Origin: an uncultured Eubacteriales bacterium
GTDB lineage: Bacteria; Bacillota; Clostridia; Oscillospirales; CAG-272
Length of the DNA: 64,000 nucleotides
Reading direction: 5' to 3'
NCBI GenBank assembly: GCA_934447715.1
Contig: CAKSER010000001.1
Coordinates: 55,386-119,385 of the forward strand
Of this stretch, positions 46,036-56,189 are shown piece after piece. The notes below the pieces were generated by a model. It worked only from the letters and a program-made list of their open reading frames with translations. It did not search any database and was not told where the DNA came from. Position 1 is the first letter of the stretch. Each line of letters starts with the position of its first letter. Made by a program: the position numbers and the translations under genes.

Positions 46036-48681
46036 ATGAAATGGACGGGTCTGAACGACTTGAGAGAGTCATATCTTTCGTTTTTTGAGTCAAAGGGACA
46101 TCTTCGCCATAAAAGCTATCCGCTTGTCCCTATCGGAGACAAGTCGATCCTGCTTATCAACGCCGGAATGACGCCGCTGAAAAAATATTTCACAGGCGAG
46201 CTTGAGCCGCCGAGACACAGAATGACAACCTGCCAGAAATGTATTCGAACACCGGATATCGAGAGAGTCGGTATTACCGCAAGGCACGGCACATTTTTTG
46301 AGATGCTCGGAAACTTCTCCTTCGGTGACTATTTCAAGCACGAGGCGCTTCCCTGGGCATGGGAATATCTTACAAAGGTTCTTGAAATGCCGGGGGACAA
46401 GCTCTGGGCTACCATTTATGTCGATGACGATGAGGCATACGATATCTGGGTAAACGAAATCGGACTTCCGCCGGAAAGGGTAATCCGTCTCGGAAAAGAG
46501 GATAACTTCTGGGAGCACGGTCAGGGACCCTGCGGACCCTGCTCGGAAATCCACTTCGACCGCGGACCGGAATTCGGATGCGGCAAGCCGGACTGCAAGC
46601 CGGGCTGTGACTGCGACCGCTATATGGAAATCTGGAACAACGTATTTACGCAGTTCGAAAATGACGGAAACGGCAATTATACAAGGCTCGCAAAGCCGAA
46701 TATTGATACCGGAATGGGTCTTGAGCGCCTTGCATGCGTAATGCAGGGAGTAAACAACCTGTTTGAGGTTGATACCGTCAGAAATATCATGAAGGCGGTA
46801 GAGGATGTTTCAGGTGTCAGATACGGAGACGGAGAAAAGACGGATATTTCCTTACGCGTTATTACCGACCATATCCGCTCCACAACCTTCCTTGTCTGCG
46901 ACGGTGTTGTTCCGTCAAACGAGGGAAGAGGTTATGTCCTTCGCAGGCTTCTTAGAAGAGCGGCAAGACACGGCAGACTTCTTGGAATCAACAAGCTGTT
47001 CCTTTCGGATATTATCGACGTTGTTGCAAGAGAAAACTATTCCGAATATCCCGAGCTTACGGAAAAGCTCGACTATATAAAGAAGGTTGTATCTATCGAG
47101 GAGGAGAGATTCGCCTCGACGATAGACAGCGGACTTTCGATTCTTTCCGGACTTATCGAGGATGCAAAGAAAAACGGATCGAACACCATTTCCGGCGACG
47201 ATGCGTTCAGACTTAACGACACCTTCGGCTTCCCGATCGATATAACAAGAGAGATTTCGCTTGAACAGGGCATTTCGATCGACGAGGACAGATTTGTCGA
47301 GCTGATGAAGGAGCAGAAGGAAAGGGCAAGAGCAGCTCACAGAGCGCTCGGCGATCTCGGCTGGACACAGGACGCAATGGCGTTCGTCGACAAAACTCAC
47401 AAGACCGAGTTTGTCGGATACGAGACCACAGAGAGTGAGGCAAAGGTAATTGCCATTGTCGACGGCGGCAGCAAGGAGCCGTGCGGAGAGGCTGTAGAGG
47501 GAGAGAGCGTATATGTCCTTCTTGACCGTACTCCGTTTTATGCGGAAAGCGGCGGACAGGTCGGAGATACCGGATATATCAGAAGTGAAAAGGCAACCGT
47601 CCGCGTAAAGGATACAAAAAAGCACGACGGAGTATATATTCAGATCTGTGAGGTCGAAGCCGGCAGCATTTCGGTAGGCGACCTCGTTAAGGCAGAGGTC
47701 GACAAAAACAGACGTGATGCCATCAGAAGAAACCATACCGCAGTGCATCTGCTCCATGCTGCGCTCCGCAGAGTGCTCGGAGAGCATGTTGAGCAGGCAG
47801 GCTCATATGTTGACGGGTTCAGAGCAAGATTTGACTTTTCTCACTTTGCTCCGATGACAAAGGATGAAATCGAACATGTAGAGGCCGCCGTAAATGCCGA
47901 AATTCTTTCGGGAACAGATGTAAAAACCGATGTTATGGATGTCGAGGAAGCAAAAAAGAGCGGCGCTATGGCTCTGTTCGGCGAAAAATACGGCGACAGG
48001 GTAAGAGTTGTTTCTATCGGAGACTTTTCAAAGGAGCTTTGCGGAGGAACACATATCGACAACACAGCAAAGATCGGGCTTTTCAAGGTCATTTCCGAAA
48101 GTTCTGTTGCTGCCGGCGTCAGAAGAATCGAGGCAGTAACCGGTCTTAATGTCCTTGAACTTCTTTCGGAAAAGGAGGCTCTGATAAACGAAACCGCCGC
48201 AGAGCTTAAGGTTCAGAACCCTGCGGACATTTCAAGAAGAGCTGTTCAGCTCCAGGAGGAGCTCCGCGACGCAAGAAAGCAGGCTGAAACGCTGAATTCG
48301 AAACTTGCAGCTGCACAGACAAGCCGGATTCTTGATTGTGCAAGACAGGTTGGCGCTGTAAGAGTAGCAACCTACAGTCTTGAAAATGCATCAAGCGAGA
48401 TGCCGAGAGCAATCTGCGATGAGCTGAAGGCGTCGAACGACGATGTTGTTGTTGTAATTTCAAATGTTTCTGCAGGAAAACTCACATTTGCCGCAGCATG
48501 TGGAAAGAAAGCGGTTGAGGCAGGTGCGCACGCAGGAAATATCCTGAAGCAGGTAAGCGCCGTTACAGGCGGAAAGGGCGGCGGAAGACCCGACAGCGCA
48601 ATGTCCGGCGGAAAGGACATTGACAAGCTCGGCGACGCTCTTGATGCCGTATACGGAATAGTTGAAGGAATGCTGAAATAA
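46036..48681 (+). CDS. alaS: Alanine--tRNA ligase
   Basis: 881 aa with the class II core (FFEMLGNFSFGDYFK), editing-domain HxxxH/CxxxH motifs, and a C-terminal GGKGGGRPD. Confidence 0.97.
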   Translation: MKWTGLNDLRESYLSFFESKGHLRHKSYPLVPIGDKSILLINAGMTPLKKYFTGELEPPRHRMTTCQKCIRTPDIERVGITARHGTFFEMLGNFSFGDYFKHEALPWAWEYLTKVLEMPGDKLWATIYVDDDEAYDIWVNEIGLPPERVIRLGKEDNFWEHGQGPCGPCSEIHFDRGPEFGCGKPDCKPGCDCDRYMEIWNNVFTQFENDGNGNYTRLAKPNIDTGMGLERLACVMQGVNNLFEVDTVRNIMKAVEDVSGVRYGDGEKTDISLRVITDHIRSTTFLVCDGVVPSNEGRGYVLRRLLRRAARHGRLLGINKLFLSDIIDVVARENYSEYPELTEKLDYIKKVVSIEEERFASTIDSGLSILSGLIEDAKKNGSNTISGDDAFRLNDTFGFPIDITREISLEQGISIDEDRFVELMKEQKERARAAHRALGDLGWTQDAMAFVDKTHKTEFVGYETTESEAKVIAIVDGGSKEPCGEAVEGESVYVLLDRTPFYAESGGQVGDTGYIRSEKATVRVKDTKKHDGVYIQICEVEAGSISVGDLVKAEVDKNRRDAIRRNHTAVHLLHAALRRVLGEHVEQAGSYVDGFRARFDFSHFAPMTKDEIEHVEAAVNAEILSGTDVKTDVMDVEEAKKSGAMALFGEKYGDRVRVVSIGDFSKELCGGTHIDNTAKIGLFKVISESSVAAGVRRIEAVTGLNVLELLSEKEALINETAAELKVQNPADISRRAVQLQEELRDARKQAETLNSKLAAAQTSRILDCARQVGAVRVATYSLENASSEMPRAICDELKASNDDVVVVISNVSAGKLTFAAACGKKAVEAGAHAGNILKQVSAVTGGKGGGRPDSAMSGGKDIDKLGDALDAVYGIVEGMLK

Positions 48682-48742
48682 AGCGGCATTCAAAGCCAAA
48701 GCAGCAGGAAAACGGCGATAAGACAAAATAATAGGTTATATA

Positions 48743-48777
48743 AAAGGCAGAGCCCGGATTTTCCGGGCTCTGTTTTG
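48743..48777. terminator. Bidirectional terminator after alaS
   Basis: A 10-bp stem CAGAGCCCGG/CCGGGCTCTG flanked by AAAA and TTTT. Confidence 0.85.
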
Positions 48778-48797
48778 TAATATAAACATTGTTATTA

Positions 48798-48853
48798 TAG
48801 CACAAAAGCGGCTTTTTTGCTGTTTCTGGCGTTTTCACGCCGCTTTTGTGCTA
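48798..48853 (-). repeat. Best-preserved copy of the hairpin repeat family (15-bp perfect arms, 26-nt loop)
   Basis: TAGCACAAAAGCGGC (48798-812) pairs with GCCGCTTTTGTGCTA (48839-53). Read on the minus strand it aligns with units A and B at 29249-29366, including the inner GGCGTGAAAACGCC. Confidence 0.65.
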
Positions 48854-48982
48854 AAATGTCAGCATGCAGTTAATACGAGCCTCAGCCTAGGCGCAATCTT
48901 ATTGACCACCCGATTTTTTGAGATAACAGCTCGGATTTCGGGCGGATATTTTCGCTCGGTTGCAAAATGGCTTTTCGGGCAA

Positions 48983-49621
48983 TTATTTTTTGCAGTAACA
49001 GGATTGAGCGCGTTTGGTGCATCCCATACCGTCAAAGCTCGGGTTGCAGGCATAGAGATTGTTTGAGCCTAAGGAGTCCTTAAGCCGCTCGAGAGCTTCA
49101 CCGAAGCGCTGATAGTGGACAATTTCCCTTTCGCGTAAGAACTTGATTACATCCGCAACATCGGGATTGTCAACAAGCCGCAGGATATTGTCATAGGTGA
49201 CTCGCGCCTTTTGCTCTGCTGCAAGGTCCTCGTTTAAATCCGCGATCGGGTCGCCCTTTACCGAAAAGCAGAGGGCGTTGAACGGTACGCCTCCTGCGGA
49301 CTGGGGCCAGACCCCGGCGGTATGGTCTACAAAATACGAATCAAATCCCTGTGCCTTCAGTTCCTTTGCCGACAGCCCCTTTGTGAGCTGATATACAAGC
49401 GTGCCGACAATTTCAAGATGTGCAAGCTCCTCTGTTCCGATATCGTTAAGAATGCCTTTTGTAATGTTGTCCGGCATTGTGTATCTCTGGGACAGGTATC
49501 TCATGCTTGCCCCGAGCTCGCCGTCCGGGCCTCCATACTGCGAAATGATTATTTTTGCCGATCTTGCGTCCGGGCATTTTATGTTTACCGGATATTGCAG
49601 TCTCTTTTCATATTCCCACAT
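48983..49621 (-). CDS. cotJC: Manganese catalase-family spore coat protein CotJC
   Basis: MWEYEKRLQYPV, GELGASMRYLSQRY, and EELAHLE (di-Mn ligands). The cotJB gene is adjacent. Confidence 0.85.
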   Translation of the reverse strand: MWEYEKRLQYPVNIKCPDARSAKIIISQYGGPDGELGASMRYLSQRYTMPDNITKGILNDIGTEELAHLEIVGTLVYQLTKGLSAKELKAQGFDSYFVDHTAGVWPQSAGGVPFNALCFSVKGDPIADLNEDLAAEQKARVTYDNILRLVDNPDVADVIKFLREREIVHYQRFGEALERLKDSLGSNNLYACNPSFDGMGCTKRAQSCYCKK

Positions 49622-49624
49622 AAT

Positions 49625-49879
49625 TCAGCATACCTCCCACGGCCACGGCGAACTGATCCAATTCCAATCGCAGGCGGAGCTTGCCGCATAGCCCTCCATC
49701 TGCGCGATCTGCGAATACTTGGACAATATATTTTCGCGCTTTTCGCTTAAGCTTTTAAAGTAATCGAGTGCTTCCCTGCACTCGGGATGTGTGTCAAGAA
49801 AGAGTCTCAGCTCATCCATCGAAAAGCTGACAGTGTCAAGATCTCTTTGAAGCTGTTTTATTATTGCTCTTTTATCCAT
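49625..49879 (-). CDS. cotJB: Spore coat protein CotJB
   Basis: MDKRAIIKQLQ...MDELRLFLDTHPEC...SPWPWE, a typical CotJB sequence. Start moved to the internal ATG that overlaps the cotJA stop. Confidence 0.8.
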   Translation of the reverse strand: MDKRAIIKQLQRDLDTVSFSMDELRLFLDTHPECREALDYFKSLSEKRENILSKYSQIAQMEGYAASSACDWNWISSPWPWEVC

Positions 49880-50018
49880 TACACTTGCCTCCCTGATACG
49901 GTGCAAGGAACGGCAGGTCAAGATCCGCGAATATGGTTCCTCGCTTCAGGCCCTTACACGGATCGTATATATTACAAAAATCCTGTATGACGATTGATAC
50001 AATTGCAAGCTTTTGCAT
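49872..50018 (-). CDS. cotJA: Spore coat-associated protein CotJA (48 aa, not in the ORF track)
   Basis: Hand translation gives MQKLAIVSIVIQDFCNIYDPCKGLKRGTIFADLDLPFLAPYQGGKCNG. The GT(I/L)F..LD.PF motif and the ATGGATAA overlap with cotJB support the call. Confidence 0.65.
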   Translation of the reverse strand: MQKLAIVSIVIQDFCNIYDPCKGLKRGTIFADLDLPFLAPYQGGKCNG

Positions 50019-50094
50019 TTTATTATTCGTTCCTTTCTTGTCATGAGCGGAAAGCCGCTCTGTTTTTATTTTATGCGCTGTGCTTTTTAAGGTG

Positions 50095-50985
50095 CTAAAA
50101 AAGCAGCCCCTGTGCCTTCATTGCGGCGATGAGTCTGTCTTTATTCTGCTCCTCCATTTTACAAAGCGGAAGCCGGAATTCTTCGGTGCAAAGTCCGATA
50201 AGAGAAAGAGCTGTCTTTATCGGTATGGGATTTACCTCGCAGAACAGAGCTTCGATTAAATCGAGCATTTCGAGCTGGAGCTCAAGGGCATCGGCATGCC
50301 TGCCGTCAAACCATCTTTCGCAGATAAGATGAGTTTTTTCGGGGAGAATGTTCGATACAACCGAAATTACGCCAAGGGCGCCGACCGACAGCATCGGCAC
50401 AATCATGTCATCGTTTCCGCTGTAGATATCAAGCCTTCCTTTGAGCTCATGAGCAAGCTCGGTTGCCTTTGCAATGCTTCCGGACGCTTCCTTGACGGCT
50501 GTAATACAGTCGATATCGCAAAGCTCGGTATATGTTTTTATGTCAATATCGATTCCGGTTCTTGACGGAACATTATAAACAATTATCGGAAGATCCGAGG
50601 CGCTCGCCGCTGCCTGATAGTGCTTTATAAGCCCCTTGTGGCTTGCCTTGTTGTAATACGGGGTGACGATTAAAAGCGCATCGGCACCTGCCAAAGCAGC
50701 CGCCTTTGATCTTGAAACCGCCTTCTCTGTTTCATTGCATCCTGTCCCGGCAATTACCGGTATTCTTTTGCCTACCGTCTTTACCGCAGCCTCGATGACC
50801 GATTTCCGCTCGTCCTCGCTCAGCGTTGCGGCTTCTCCTGTCGTTCCGCAGACGATCAGCGCATCGGTCTTTTCTTTGATCTGCATTTCGATCAGTCTTT
50901 CAAGCAAGTAAAAATCGATTTTTCCGTCCCGGAACGGCGTAATTATCGCTGTCCCGGAGCCTGAAAATATGTGAGTATGTTTCAT
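50095..50985 (-). CDS. dapA: 4-hydroxy-tetrahydrodipicolinate synthase
   Basis: GSGTAIITPF, GTTGEA, and YNVPSRTG, with the catalytic Lys in the AVKEASG context. Confidence 0.92.
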   Translation of the reverse strand: MKHTHIFSGSGTAIITPFRDGKIDFYLLERLIEMQIKEKTDALIVCGTTGEAATLSEDERKSVIEAAVKTVGKRIPVIAGTGCNETEKAVSRSKAAALAGADALLIVTPYYNKASHKGLIKHYQAAASASDLPIIVYNVPSRTGIDIDIKTYTELCDIDCITAVKEASGSIAKATELAHELKGRLDIYSGNDDMIVPMLSVGALGVISVVSNILPEKTHLICERWFDGRHADALELQLEMLDLIEALFCEVNPIPIKTALSLIGLCTEEFRLPLCKMEEQNKDRLIAAMKAQGLLF

Positions 50986-51154
50986 TTTATAGCATCGGCT
51001 TTTTTATAAGCCTTCCTTTCAAAGATTTTGAGTCAAAGATTTTTAATATAATTCGGCAGCCATATTTTATTTTTTTGTTCAAAGCTGTTGAAAAAAGCAG
51101 GTAAATAATATATACTGTAAGATGATAAATTGTGTTTACGGAGCAATCAAACGG

Positions 51155-52204
51155 ATGATTAACAATAAAAGAATAGATACAAACCTGACAACAAAGGATT
51201 TTTTCTACGACCTTCCGCAGGACAGGATCGCACAGACGCCTGCTGAGCCGAGAGACTCATCAAGGCTTATGGTTGTCGACAGAAAGACCGGCAGCCTTGA
51301 GCACAGGATATTCAGGGATATAATCGATTATCTTGACGAGGGCGATGTCCTTGTTGTAAACGATTCAAAGGTGATTCCGGCGCGGCTTTACGGAATCAAG
51401 GAGTCATCCGGAATTACAATCGAGGTTGTTCTGCTCAGATCGAGGAAAATCGACACCTGGGAGGTCATGACCCGTCCGGGCAGAAGAGCGATTCCCGGTA
51501 CTACCATAGTATTCGGAGACGGACTGCTTCGTGCCGAGGTGCTTGAGACGGTTGAGGGCGGAAACAGACTTGTTAAATTTTCATATGAGGGAGACAACTT
51601 TTTCTCTATACTTGACCAGATTGGTCATATGCCGCTTCCGCCGTATATTACCGAAAAGCTGAAGGAGAAATCGAGATATAATACGGTATATGCAAGGGAG
51701 GAGGGCTCTGCCGCAGCGCCGACCGCAGGACTGCATTTTACAAAGGAGCTTCTTGAAAAAATCAAGGCAAAGGGTGTAAAGATCGCACCGGTAATGCTTC
51801 ATGTCGGGCTCGGCACCTTCCGTCCGGTCAAGGTTGACAATGTAAGCGAGCATGTAATGCATTCGGAATATTTTTCGGTGTCAAAGGAAAGCGCAGATAT
51901 AATCAACAACCGCAAGGGAAGGGTAATTGCGGTCGGAACGACCTCGTGCAGGGTTCTCGAATCGGCATCCGACGAGAACGGAATTATTCACCCGATGTCC
52001 GACGATACGCAGATTTTCATCTATCCGGGGTACAAGTTCAAGATGATTGACGGCCTGATTACAAATTTTCATCTTCCGGAGAGCACGCTTCTTATGCTTG
52101 TTTCTGCTTTTTCGTCAAAAGAAATTATGATGAACGCCTACAAGGAAGCGATCGAGAAGGAGTATCGGTTTTTCTCGTTCGGCGATGCGATGTTCATCCG
52201 ATAA
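51155..52204 (+). CDS. queA: S-adenosylmethionine:tRNA ribosyltransferase-isomerase
   Basis: [35 protein letters not shown] and [10 protein letters not shown]. The start could be 51122 or 51155. Confidence 0.92.
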   Translation: MINNKRIDTNLTTKDFFYDLPQDRIAQTPAEPRDSSRLMVVDRKTGSLEHRIFRDIIDYLDEGDVLVVNDSKVIPARLYGIKESSGITIEVVLLRSRKIDTWEVMTRPGRRAIPGTTIVFGDGLLRAEVLETVEGGNRLVKFSYEGDNFFSILDQIGHMPLPPYITEKLKEKSRYNTVYAREEGSAAAPTAGLHFTKELLEKIKAKGVKIAPVMLHVGLGTFRPVKVDNVSEHVMHSEYFSVSKESADIINNRKGRVIAVGTTSCRVLESASDENGIIHPMSDDTQIFIYPGYKFKMIDGLITNFHLPESTLLMLVSAFSSKEIMMNAYKEAIEKEYRFFSFGDAMFIR

Positions 52205-52366
52205 GCTGCGCAATACTGCGTTGCTCCTTGCCTTATCCCCTCAGCGTATGGAACTATACCGTCGACTGTGGAAGCGGCTGTTGTGCCGGTACAGACAGGT
52301 ATTGTTTCCCGGCTTTAAAAACGCAATTTCGGTGATTTGCAATTCGTAAAAGGAAAAAACAGAAGA

Positions 52367-53341
52367 ATGAATAAAAAAACAGTTGCCATAGTCGGTCCGA
52401 CGGCGTCCGGGAAAACCGAGACTGCGGTTATGCTTGCCGAAAGGCTCGGCGGAGAGGTGATCTCCTGCGACTCGATGCAGCTTTACAAAAAAATGAATAT
52501 CGGAACTGCGAAGCCTACAAAAGAAGAGATGCGGAATATTCCGCACCACATGATTGATATTGTGGACCCCGAAATCGACTATTCCTGTGCGGATTACGCA
52601 GCCGAGGCAAGAAAAGCAATTATTGAAATTCAAAAAAAAGGCAGGCTGCCGATTTTTTGCGGAGGAACCGGGCTGTATCTTGATTCCGCACTCGGAAAAA
52701 ACGCCTTTTCTCCTGATATTCCGCCTCAAATTCGAAAAGAGCTTGAGGGATATTCAAAAGATGAGCTTTTTAAAAGGCTTAAGGAGGTTGACCCACAGTC
52801 GGCAGATGAAATTCATCCGAACAATGTAAAAAGGGTGATGCGTGCGCTTGAGGTGTTTTTGGGAACCGGAATTCCGAAAAGCGAATGGGACAGGCGGTCA
52901 AAGGAAGCAGAGCCGGAATTTTCTGCGGTTTTTGTCGGAATTTCGTACGAGAACAGGGAAATTCTGTATGACAGAATCAATCTTAGGGTTGAAAATATGT
53001 TAAAGCTCGGTCTTATCGATGAGGTAAGGGAGCTTGATCTTGACAGAAGCAGCAACGCGGCTCAGGCAATCGGATACAAGGAGATATACAGCTATCTTGA
53101 CGGGAAGATTTCCTATGACGAGGCTGTCGAGCTTCTCAAGAAAAACACCAGAAACTATGCAAAGCGGCAGCTGACCTGGTTTAAAAGAGAGCCGGGCATT
53201 AAATGGTTTTATAGGGACACCGACGAAAATTATCTTGAAAATATTCTAAAGTACCTTGAAGAAAGTCTGAAAAATGAAGAATCATGTCAAGATGAACCAA
53301 AAAAGGACGACAAACAGAGAATCAACCGAGAATTTACTTAA
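52367..53341 (+). CDS. miaA: tRNA dimethylallyltransferase
   Basis: P-loop GPTASGKT, DSMQLYK, and HHMID. Start moved to MNKKTVAIVG. Confidence 0.92.
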   Translation: MNKKTVAIVGPTASGKTETAVMLAERLGGEVISCDSMQLYKKMNIGTAKPTKEEMRNIPHHMIDIVDPEIDYSCADYAAEARKAIIEIQKKGRLPIFCGGTGLYLDSALGKNAFSPDIPPQIRKELEGYSKDELFKRLKEVDPQSADEIHPNNVKRVMRALEVFLGTGIPKSEWDRRSKEAEPEFSAVFVGISYENREILYDRINLRVENMLKLGLIDEVRELDLDRSSNAAQAIGYKEIYSYLDGKISYDEAVELLKKNTRNYAKRQLTWFKREPGIKWFYRDTDENYLENILKYLEESLKNEESCQDEPKKDDKQRINREFT

Positions 53342-53353
53342 CGGAAGTGTAAA

Positions 53354-54616
53354 ATGAACGTAACGATAAAAAATGTGGCAAAATACATACTGACTGCTGT
53401 TATTTCGCTGCTCGTCATTGCCTATCTTGTTTATCACCTTATCGGCGGCTTTGATGTAAAGCTTGAAACGCTTGCGGTCGAGGAGGCTACTCAGCAGGAT
53501 ACGCTTGCGCTCGATGTGTACATCATGAGAAACGAAAAGATACTGTATGCATCGACAAAGGGAGATGTAAACTATCTTTATAACGACGGAGAAAAGGTGG
53601 CAAAGAACACTGCTGTGGCGGATATCTATGCCGAAAACACTTCGTCCTCGATAAGATCGAGAATTATCGAAATCGACAGGAAGATAAATCTTTTAAAGAA
53701 CAGCAATATCAGCCCCAATTCGTTAAGCTCGGACACATCTGCAATAGACAAGAAGATCTGGCAGATGTTCTATACGGTTACGGGAAAAATCGAGGAGGGC
53801 GATCTTTCGTATGCCTCACTTAAATATGATGATTTTCTTGTAATGCTCAATCAGAGAAGAATTATTGTAAGAACGGTAAAGGACTACAACAGCCAGATAA
53901 CCAAGCTTCAGGGCGAAAGAGATGCTCTTATGGCACAGCTGAACGATGTAATCGATACTGTATATACCGACGAATCGGGATATGTATACTCTGCTCTTGA
54001 CGGATATGAGGAGATATTCGACGGCTCAAAGGCATCCGGACTTACAATTTCCGGCTTTCACGAAATGATAAGCTCGGAGCCGGAAACCGGAACGGTTACA
54101 CCGGGCAAATATGAAATCGGTAAACTCGTCACGAACTATGTCTGGTATATTGCATGCGAGATTAATATCGACCTGCTTCATTATTTTGAAACCGGGGCAT
54201 CCTATCCTGTCATCTTCCCGTACAACTCGGACACAACAATCAACATGGAGCTTGACAGAATAGTTACAAGCAACGAAAGCGACACGATAGTCCTGATTTT
54301 CAAGACCGGAACGATTCCGGACAACTTCAACTATCTGCGCCTTCAGACTGTCAATCTTGTTCTGACATCCCATACCGGATTTAAGGTTCCGACATCCTCT
54401 GTCAGGATTGTGGACGGAAAGCAGGGTGTGTATGTTTTAAGCGGCAACATGGTCAAATTCAAGCTTATTGACCCCCTGTTTGAATCGAACGGATATTTTA
54501 TAGTCGCGGAGGACGGCAGCGAGTTTATCGAAAATTCCGATTACGGCTATATTTCGGCAAACGACCTATTGATTATAAAAGGAAAGAATCTATATGACGG
54601 AAAGATTATCGAATGA
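53354..54616 (+). CDS. Membrane-anchored protein of unknown function (possibly HlyD/barrel-sandwich-like)
   Basis: 420 aa with one N-terminal TM helix, then a coiled-coil segment (ITKLQGERDALMAQLNDV). The family assignment is tentative. Confidence 0.45.
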   Translation: MNVTIKNVAKYILTAVISLLVIAYLVYHLIGGFDVKLETLAVEEATQQDTLALDVYIMRNEKILYASTKGDVNYLYNDGEKVAKNTAVADIYAENTSSSIRSRIIEIDRKINLLKNSNISPNSLSSDTSAIDKKIWQMFYTVTGKIEEGDLSYASLKYDDFLVMLNQRRIIVRTVKDYNSQITKLQGERDALMAQLNDVIDTVYTDESGYVYSALDGYEEIFDGSKASGLTISGFHEMISSEPETGTVTPGKYEIGKLVTNYVWYIACEINIDLLHYFETGASYPVIFPYNSDTTINMELDRIVTSNESDTIVLIFKTGTIPDNFNYLRLQTVNLVLTSHTGFKVPTSSVRIVDGKQGVYVLSGNMVKFKLIDPLFESNGYFIVAEDGSEFIENSDYGYISANDLLIIKGKNLYDGKIIE

Positions 54617-55361
54617 GTATGAAAGCCCGGCTTTGACCGAGGAGGACAAAAAGAGGATATCGGACAGCCTTAAAAGCATCCGTGAAACGGTAAAGGAATG
54701 CTGCGAAAAAGCAGGAAGAAAGAACGATGTTACGCTCATGGCGGCGACAAAGACCGTTTCTGTTGAAAAAATCAACTATGCGATAAGCGAGTGCGGTCTT
54801 ACCGACATCGGCGAAAATCGGGTCCAGGAGCTGCTTGAAAAATATGACATGCTTAAAAAGGATGGAGTAAGAATCCACTTTATCGGAACGCTGCAGCCGA
54901 ACAAGGTAAAGTATATAATCGATAAGGTTTGCCTCATTCATTCGCTTGACAGCATGTCTCTTGCGCGCGAAATTGACAAAAGAGCATCCGCAAAGGGGAT
55001 AAGGATGGATGTTTTAATCGAGGTCAATATCGGGTCGGAGGAAAACAAGGGCGGAGTTGCAAAAGACGAAGTGATTCCTTTTGCCAACGAACTGCGCAGC
55101 TTTGGCGGAATCCGTCTTGTGGGACTTATGACAATGGCGCCGAAATGCGAAGACAAAGAGGATTACAGGGGATATTTTTCCAGTGTAAGGGCTCTGTTTG
55201 ACAAAATGGCAAAGGAGGGCTGTTTTGATGCCGAAAGCCCGATTTTGTCGATGGGAATGTCGCAAAGCTATGATATCGCGGTCGAATGCGGATCGACCCT
55301 TATAAGACCCGGAAGCGCGGTTTTCGGCAATCGTATTTATAAAAACAGCGACCTGAAGTGA
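54594..55361 (+). CDS. yggS: YggS/YlmE-family pyridoxal-phosphate-binding protein
   Basis: LMAATKTV (the PLP Lys), GENRVQE, HFIGTLQPNK and SMGMS. Confidence 0.85.
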   Translation: MTERLSNEYESPALTEEDKKRISDSLKSIRETVKECCEKAGRKNDVTLMAATKTVSVEKINYAISECGLTDIGENRVQELLEKYDMLKKDGVRIHFIGTLQPNKVKYIIDKVCLIHSLDSMSLAREIDKRASAKGIRMDVLIEVNIGSEENKGGVAKDEVIPFANELRSFGGIRLVGLMTMAPKCEDKEDYRGYFSSVRALFDKMAKEGCFDAESPILSMGMSQSYDIAVECGSTLIRPGSAVFGNRIYKNSDLK

Positions 55362-55407
55362 TTTTTTTATCGAAAAAATATTATTTTTTTTAATTTTCAA
55401 AAAAAAC

Positions 55408-55436
55408 TTGCGTTTGCGAAAATAATATGCTATAAT
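55408..55436 (+). promoter_or_regulatory. Promoter of sepF
   Basis: TTGCGT (55408-13), a 17-nt spacer, then the extended -10 TGCTATAAT. Confidence 0.55.
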
Positions 55437-55522
55437 GCAAAAAGAGTATTGTCACTATCTGTGACAATGGCGGATGTACTACTGTTTTTGATAATTATAT
55501 ACTATATATTTGGAGGGGCAAT

Positions 55523-56032
55523 ATGGGATTCATTGACAAGCTTAAAGGCATGGTCAATCCGGACGACGTCGATGACGGCTACGAGGATGATTACGGCTAC
55601 GATGACGGAGAAAACGATGTAGATTATGAGGAGTTTCAGCCTCAGCAGCAGCCGGTAAGAGCACAGCAGAATGTTCAGAACCAGGGCTATGCACAGCAGA
55701 GACCTGCTCAGCCGGGAGGAATGAGCCTTAATTCCACAAACCTGGAGCTTAAAGTTGTAAAACCGGAGAAGTATGACAGCGTAACGGCACAGAAGATTGC
55801 AGATCACCTGCTCAACCGCCGTACGGTTGTACTTAACCTTGAGCTTACAAACAAGGAAAGCGCAAGACGCCTTATAGACTTCCTCAGCGGCGTTGCATAT
55901 TCGATTGACGGATACATTCAAAGAGTTGCAAACAACACATTTGTAATCGTTCCTAACAATGTTGATGTATCCGGCGAGCAGATCAACGAGCAGCCGCAGG
56001 TTCAGCGTCCGAACGCAGCAGATTTGTTCTGA
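55523..56032 (+). CDS. sepF: Cell division protein SepF
   Basis: The N-terminal MGFIDKLK amphipathic helix, a disordered Q-rich linker, and the C-terminal core (VVLNLELT...RLIDFLSGVAYSIDG). Confidence 0.88.
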   Translation: MGFIDKLKGMVNPDDVDDGYEDDYGYDDGENDVDYEEFQPQQQPVRAQQNVQNQGYAQQRPAQPGGMSLNSTNLELKVVKPEKYDSVTAQKIADHLLNRRTVVLNLELTNKESARRLIDFLSGVAYSIDGYIQRVANNTFVIVPNNVDVSGEQINEQPQVQRPNAADLF

Positions 56033-56067
56033 AAATAAACGGAGCATCACAGCCCGTTTGTCGTGTA

Positions 56068-56112
56068 AAGGGGATGTAGTGCCATAGTGCAGCATCCCCT
56101 TGCGATTTTTTT
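56068..56112 (+). terminator. Rho-independent terminator after sepF
   Basis: AAGGGGATG/CATCCCCTT stem followed by GCGATTTTTTT. Confidence 0.7.
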
Positions 56113-56189
56113 GCAAAAAAATCAGCTTTTACAGCGTTTTTTGCGAAATTTTCGCATTTTTTCACTTTCATGAAGGGATTGGTTAAAGA

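Noticed and set aside
50986-51154. Looked for a lysine (L-box) riboswitch upstream of dapA and a preQ1 element upstream of queA in the divergent intergenic region.
   Set aside because: Only about 135-170 nt are available and shared by two promoters. The sequence is A/T-rich with no recognisable L-box or preQ1 helices.
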